Origin: the human T2T-CHM13v2.0 reference genome, Homo sapiens
Assembly (NCBI RefSeq): GCF_009914755.1
Contig: NC_060947.1
Length of the DNA stretch: 64,000 bases
Reading direction: 5' to 3' (one strand)
The notes below the pieces were generated by a model. The model did not search any database and was not told the origin of the DNA. It worked only from the letters and a program-made list of their open reading frames with translations. Numbering within the stretch: position 1 is the stretch's first letter; each line of letters begins with the position of its first letter. The translations under genes were made by a program, and so were the position numbers. This document shows, piece after piece, positions 58,901 through 64,000 of the stretch.

Positions 58901-61900
58901 TGGAGGCAGAGCAAGATGGCTGAATAGAAGCCTCCACTGATCGTCCTCCCCGAAGGAACACCAAATTGAAAAACTATCTGCAATAAAATCACCTTCATGA
59001 GAACCAAAAATCAGGTGAGCAATCACTGTACCAGATTTTAACTTCATATCACTGAAAGAGGCACTAAAGGGGGTAGGAAAGACAGTCTTGAACTGCCAAT
59101 GCCACCCCTCACTCATCCCCTGGCAGCAGCCGTGTGGCAGGGAGAGAGAATCTATGTGCTTGCAGGAAAAGAGTACAGTGATTATGGGACTCTGCATTGG
59201 AACTCAGGGCTGCCCTGTCACAGTGAAAAGAAACACCAGGCAGAACTCAGCTGGCACCCACAGAGGGAGCATTTACACCAGCCACAGCCAGAGGGAAATC
59301 ACCTATCCCAGCAGGCAGAACCCGAGTTCCGACAAGCTTTGCCACTGTGGACTAAAGAGTTCTGGGGGCCTAAATAAACCTGAAAGGCAATCTAGGCCAC
59401 CAAGAGTCCAAGTCCTGTACTGTGCTGGGCTGAAAGCCAGTGGACGGGGGGCGGGGGGGGGGGGCACATGACCTAGTGAGACACCAGCCAGGGTGGCCAG
59501 GAGATTGCTTGTGCCACACCTTCGCAAACCCCAGGCAGCACAGCTCACAGCTCCAGGAGAGACTCTTTCCTTTTGCTTGAGGTGAGGAGAGGAGAGGGAA
59601 GAGTAAAGAAGACTTTGTCTTGCAGCTTGAATATCACGTCAGCCACAGTAGGACAGGGCACCAGGCAGAGTCCTGAGGCCCTTGTTCCAGGCCCTAGCTC
59701 CTGGATGACATTTCCAGACATAACCTGGGCCAGAGGAAACTCATTCTCTTGAAGGAAATGACTCAATCCTGACAGGATTCAACATCTGTTGTCTGAAGAG
59801 CCCTTGGGCCCTGAATAACCAGCAGTGGTACCCAGGCAGTACTTGCAGTGGGCCTTCAGTGAGACTCAGAGACATGCTACCTTCAGGTGTGACATAGCAC
59901 ATTCCCAGCTGTGGACACTATGGGAAGAGACTCCTGCTTGAGAAAAGAAGACGAAAGAGTAAAGAGAACTTTGACATACAGCTTAGGTACCAGCTCAGCC
60001 ACAGTGGGCTAGGGTACCAAGCAGACCCTCGGGGACCCTAATTCCAGGCCTTGGCTTTTGGATGGCATTTGTGGACCTTCCCTGGGCTGGAGGGGAGCCC
60101 ACTGCCCAGAAGGGAGAGACGTAGTCCTGGTAGCATTTAACACAAGCTGACTGAAGAGCCCTTGGGCCCTGAGTGAACATCAGCAGTAGCCAGGCAATAC
60201 CTGCTGTGGGCCTGGGGTGCTAGTGGTCACAGGGAGAGACTCCTTTGCTTGTGAAAAGCGGAGGGAAGGGTAGAAAGATTTTGTCTTATGGCTTGGGTGC
60301 CAGCTCAGCCGAAGTAGAATAGAGCTCCAGGCAGATTCCTAAAGATTCTGACTCCAGGCCCTGGATCTTAGATAGCATCTTGGGATCGGCCTAGGGCTGG
60401 GGGAAATCTGCAGCCCAGAAGGGAAGGACACAAGAGGAGCTGGCTTTGCCACCTGATGAATGTGGAGCCTTAGAGCCTTGAGCAAACAAAGGCGGAGGCC
60501 AGTAGTTACTGTGGATCTTGGGTGAGACCCATTGCTATGCAGGCTTCAGGTCTAACCCAGTGTGGTCCCCGTGAAGGGAGCCAGAGGGGTGCTTGTGTCA
60601 CCTCTCCACCAGCTTTCCAGACAGCTTAGCACAGACAGAGAGAGATTCTGTTTGGGAGAAAGTAAGGGAAGAGAACAAGAGTCTCTGCCTGGTAATCCAG
60701 ACAATTCTTCCAGATCTTATCCAAGACCACCAAGGCGGTACCTCTATGAGTCTCCAAGACTACAAGAGTCACAGCATTACCCGGTTTGGGATGCCTTCTA
60801 ATGCAGATACAGATGCAGTGACCATTAGATCACAATATCCAACTCCCTTTGAATACCTAGAAAGCCTTCCCAAGAAGGATGGGTACAAACAAGGCTAGAC
60901 TACAAAGATTATAATAAATACCTAACTCTTCAATGCCCAGACACGAATCAATGTCCACAACCATCAAGACCATCCAGGAAACACGACATCACCAAACGAA
61001 CTAAATAAGGCCTCAGGGACCAATCCTAGAGAGACAGATACATGTGAATATATGTGACAGAGAATTCAAAAGAGCTGTCTTGAGGAAATTCAATGAAATT
61101 CAAGATAATATGGAGAAGAAACTGATAATCACATCAGATAAATTTCACAAAGATATTGAAATAATTTAAAAGAATCAAGCAGAAATTCTGGAGTCAAAAA
61201 ATGCAATTGACATACTGAAGAATGTATTAAGAGTCTCTTAATAGCAGAACCGATCAAGGAGAAGAAAGAATTAGTAAGCTTGAAGACAGGCTATTTGAAA
61301 ATGTACCATCAGAGGAGACAAAAGAAAAAAGAACAAAAAACAATGAAGCACATCTACAAGATCTAGAAAATAGCCTCAAATGGGCAAATCTAAGAGTTAT
61401 TGGCCTTAAAGAGGAGGCAGAGAGACAGATAGGGGTATAAAGTTTATTCAAAGGGACAACAACAGAGAATTCCCCAAGCCTAGAGAAAACTATCAATATT
61501 CAAGAAAAAGAAGGTTATGGAACACCAAGCAGATTTAACCTAATGAAGACTACCTCCTACCATTTAATAATCAAACTCTCAAAGGTCAAGGATAAAGAAA
61601 GTATACTAAATGCAGCAAGAGAAAGGAAACAAATAACATACAAAGGAGCTCCAATACATCTGGCAGTAGACTTTTCAGTAGAAAACTTACAGCCCAGGAG
61701 AGAGTGACATGAGATATTTAAAAGGGGTGAAGGAACAAACAAACAAACAAACAAAAAACTTTTACCCTAGAACATCATATCTGGTGAAAATATGCTTCAA
61801 ATGTGAAGGAGAAATAAAGACTTTCCCACACAAACAGAAGCTGAGGAATTTCAATATCAAACCTGTCCTACAAGAAATATTAAAGGGAGTTTCTCAATCT

Positions 61901-62567
61901 GAAAGAAAAGGATGTTAACAAACAACGAAAAGTTACATGAAGGTATAAAACTCACTGGCAATAGAACATTAGTTTTCTCTTTGCTTGTTTGTTACTTTGT
62001 TTGCTTGTTTATGCAATCAGTGTTATCATCAGCTTAAAATGATGCATTACATTATTTGCAAGCCTCATGGTAACTTCAAAAAAACAAACATACAACAGAT
62101 AAACAAAAAACTATAAGCAAGAAATCATGCCGGGCGCGGTGGCTCAGGCCTGTGATCCCAGCGCTTTGGGAGGCCAAGGTGGATGGATCACCTGAGGTCA
62201 GTAGTTCGAGACCAGCCTGGCCAACATGGTGAAACCCTGTCTCTAGTAAAAATGTGAAAATTAGCTGCGCATGGTGGCGGGTGCTTATAATTCCAGCTAC
62301 TCAGGAGGCTGAGGCAGGAGAATCGCTCAAACCCGGGAAGGCAGAGATTGCAGTAAGCTGAGATCATGCCACTGCACTCCAGCCTGGGCAACACAGTGAA
62401 ACTCCGTCTCAAAAAAATAATAATAAAAGAAATTAAAACATACAACCACAGAAAATTGCTTTAACTAAAAGGATGATAGGAAGAAAAGAAGGAAGACAGG
62501 GATCACAAAACAACCAGAAAACAAATAACAAAATGGCAGGAGTAAGTCCTAACTTATCAAGAATAAT
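58901..62567 (+). mobile_element. L1MA1-3-like 5' half in the last ATRX intron, antisense to ATRX
   Basis: ggaggcagagcaagatggctgaatagaagcctccactgatcg 5' end, homologous to 16691 onward; decayed ORF1 about 60930-61918; ORF2 start atggcaggagtaagtcct near 62533. Confidence 0.9.
62128..62426 (+). mobile_element. Alu (AluS-like)
   Basis: Dimer; flanks aagaaat(c/t)a. Confidence 0.93.
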
Positions 62568-62576
62568 GGGGTTGGA

Positions 62577-62881
62577 GGCTGGGCACAGTGGCTCACGCCT
62601 GTAACCCCAGCACTTTGGGAGGCCGAGGCGGGAGGATCACAAGGTCAGGAGACTGAGACCATCCTGGTTAACACGGTGAAACCCCGTCTCTACTAAAAAT
62701 ACAAAAAATTAGCTGGGCGTGGTGGCGGGCACCTGTAGTCCCAGCTACTCAGGAGGCTAAGATAGGAGAATGGCCTGAACCCGGGAGGCGGAGCTTGCAG
62801 TGAGCTGAGATTGCGCCACTGCACTCCAGCCTGGGCGACAGAGCGAGACTCCGTCTCAAAAAAAAAAAAAAAAAAAAAAAA
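62577..62881 (+). mobile_element. AluY-like with long pure A tail
   Basis: Perfect 17-bp TSD aagaataatggggttgg (62559-62575 and 62882-62898). Confidence 0.96.
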
Positions 62882-62890
62882 AAGAATAAT

Positions 62891-64000
62891 GGGGTTGGGC
62901 AAGATGGATGACTAGATGCAGCAAGGTGGAAAAGCTGCCACCGAAAGACAAGGATGACTGGCACACTCCTAACAGATCTTCAGAGAGAAGGCAATGAGAG
63001 TGGGCGGAGGGAAGAAACAGAAGCTTGGTTGGAGGAGGAAGCTGGGAACCCTGAATGGGGCTACCGCACACCAGGACTCATTCCTGGCCCACAAGAACTC
63101 CAGGGGAATGAGTGAGTTGAAGTGGCAAGAAGCAACTGGCTCTTGCCTCGGGCCTCTGGAATTCCGCCAGGAGGAGACCCACAGCCAACATTATACTGAA
63201 TGGGCAAAAGCTGGAAGTATTCATCTTGAAAACTGGCACAAGACAAGGATGCCCTCTATCACCACTCCTATTCAACATAGTATTAGAAGTCCTGGGCAGA
63301 GCAATCAGGAAACAGAAATAAATAAAGGTTATCCAAATAGGAAGAGAGAAAGTCAAACTATCACAGTATGCAGATGCCATGATTCTGTATCTAGAAAACT
63401 CTAGTCTTGGCCCAAAATGCTTCTTAAGCTGATAAACAAGTTCAGCAATATCTCAGGGTACAAAATCAATGTACAAAAATCAGTAGCATTCCTATACACC
63501 AACAAAAGTCAAGCAAAGAGGCAAATCAGGCATGCAATCCCATTCACAACTGCCACAATAAAGAATAAAATACCTAGGAATACAGCTAACCAGGGAGGTA
63601 AAAGGTCTCTACAATGAGAACTCCAAAAGACTGCTAAAAGAAATTAGAGATGTCAAAACAAATGGAAAAACATTCCATGCTCATGGATAGGAAGAATCAA
63701 TATTGTTGAAATGGTCATACTGCCCAAAGCAATTTATACATTCAATGCTATTCCTATCAAACTACTAATGATATTCTTCATAAACTAGACAAAACTATTT
63801 TAAAATTCATATGGAACAACAAAAAAAAGGTTGAATAGCCAAGGCAATCGTAAGCAAAATGAACAAAGCTGGAGGCATTATGCTATACAACTTCAAACTA
63901 TACTACAGAGCTACAGTAACCAAAACAGTGTGGTACTGGTACAAAAAGACACACAGACCAATGGAACTGAATAGACAGCTCAGAAATAAGGCCACACACC
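62891..64000 (+). mobile_element. Old primate L1 (L1PA13-16-like) nested in the L1MA, with a large internal deletion; runs off the window
   Basis: ggggttgggcaagatggatgactagatgcagc 5'UTR to about 63180, then directly RT-region ORF2 (acccacagccaacattatactgaatgggcaaaagctgg). Confidence 0.85.

Overview
Primate (almost certainly human) X-chromosome DNA spanning the 3' ends of two convergent genes. FGF16 lies on + (exon 2 at 3713-3816, terminal exon from 5833, poly(A) signal about 6810; exon 1 is upstream of the window). ATRX lies on - (terminal coding exon 58170-57892, 3'UTR of about 3.5 kb ending near 54420, last intron running off the right end). The ~47.5 kb between the genes and the ATRX intron are mostly nested transposon fossils: six large L1s all on the + strand, about 27 Alu copies or fragments, MaLR LTRs, Tigger/Charlie/MER5 DNA transposons, and MIR, L2 and L3/CR1 relics. 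Nearly all ORFs in the supplied track are repeat-derived or chance. I found no convincing undescribed biological system. The best leads are a full-length L1PA4/5-type element with intact ORF1 (fused in frame to an 82-codon upstream extension) and an intact endonuclease-only ORF2 fragment, an inverted-Alu layout around FGF16 exon 2, a minisatellite arising inside an L1PA8, and several readable insertion/deletion scars. Gene identities and repeat subfamilies come from my recognition of known sequences, not database searches. Repeat boundaries are approximate unless a target-site duplication (TSD) is quoted.
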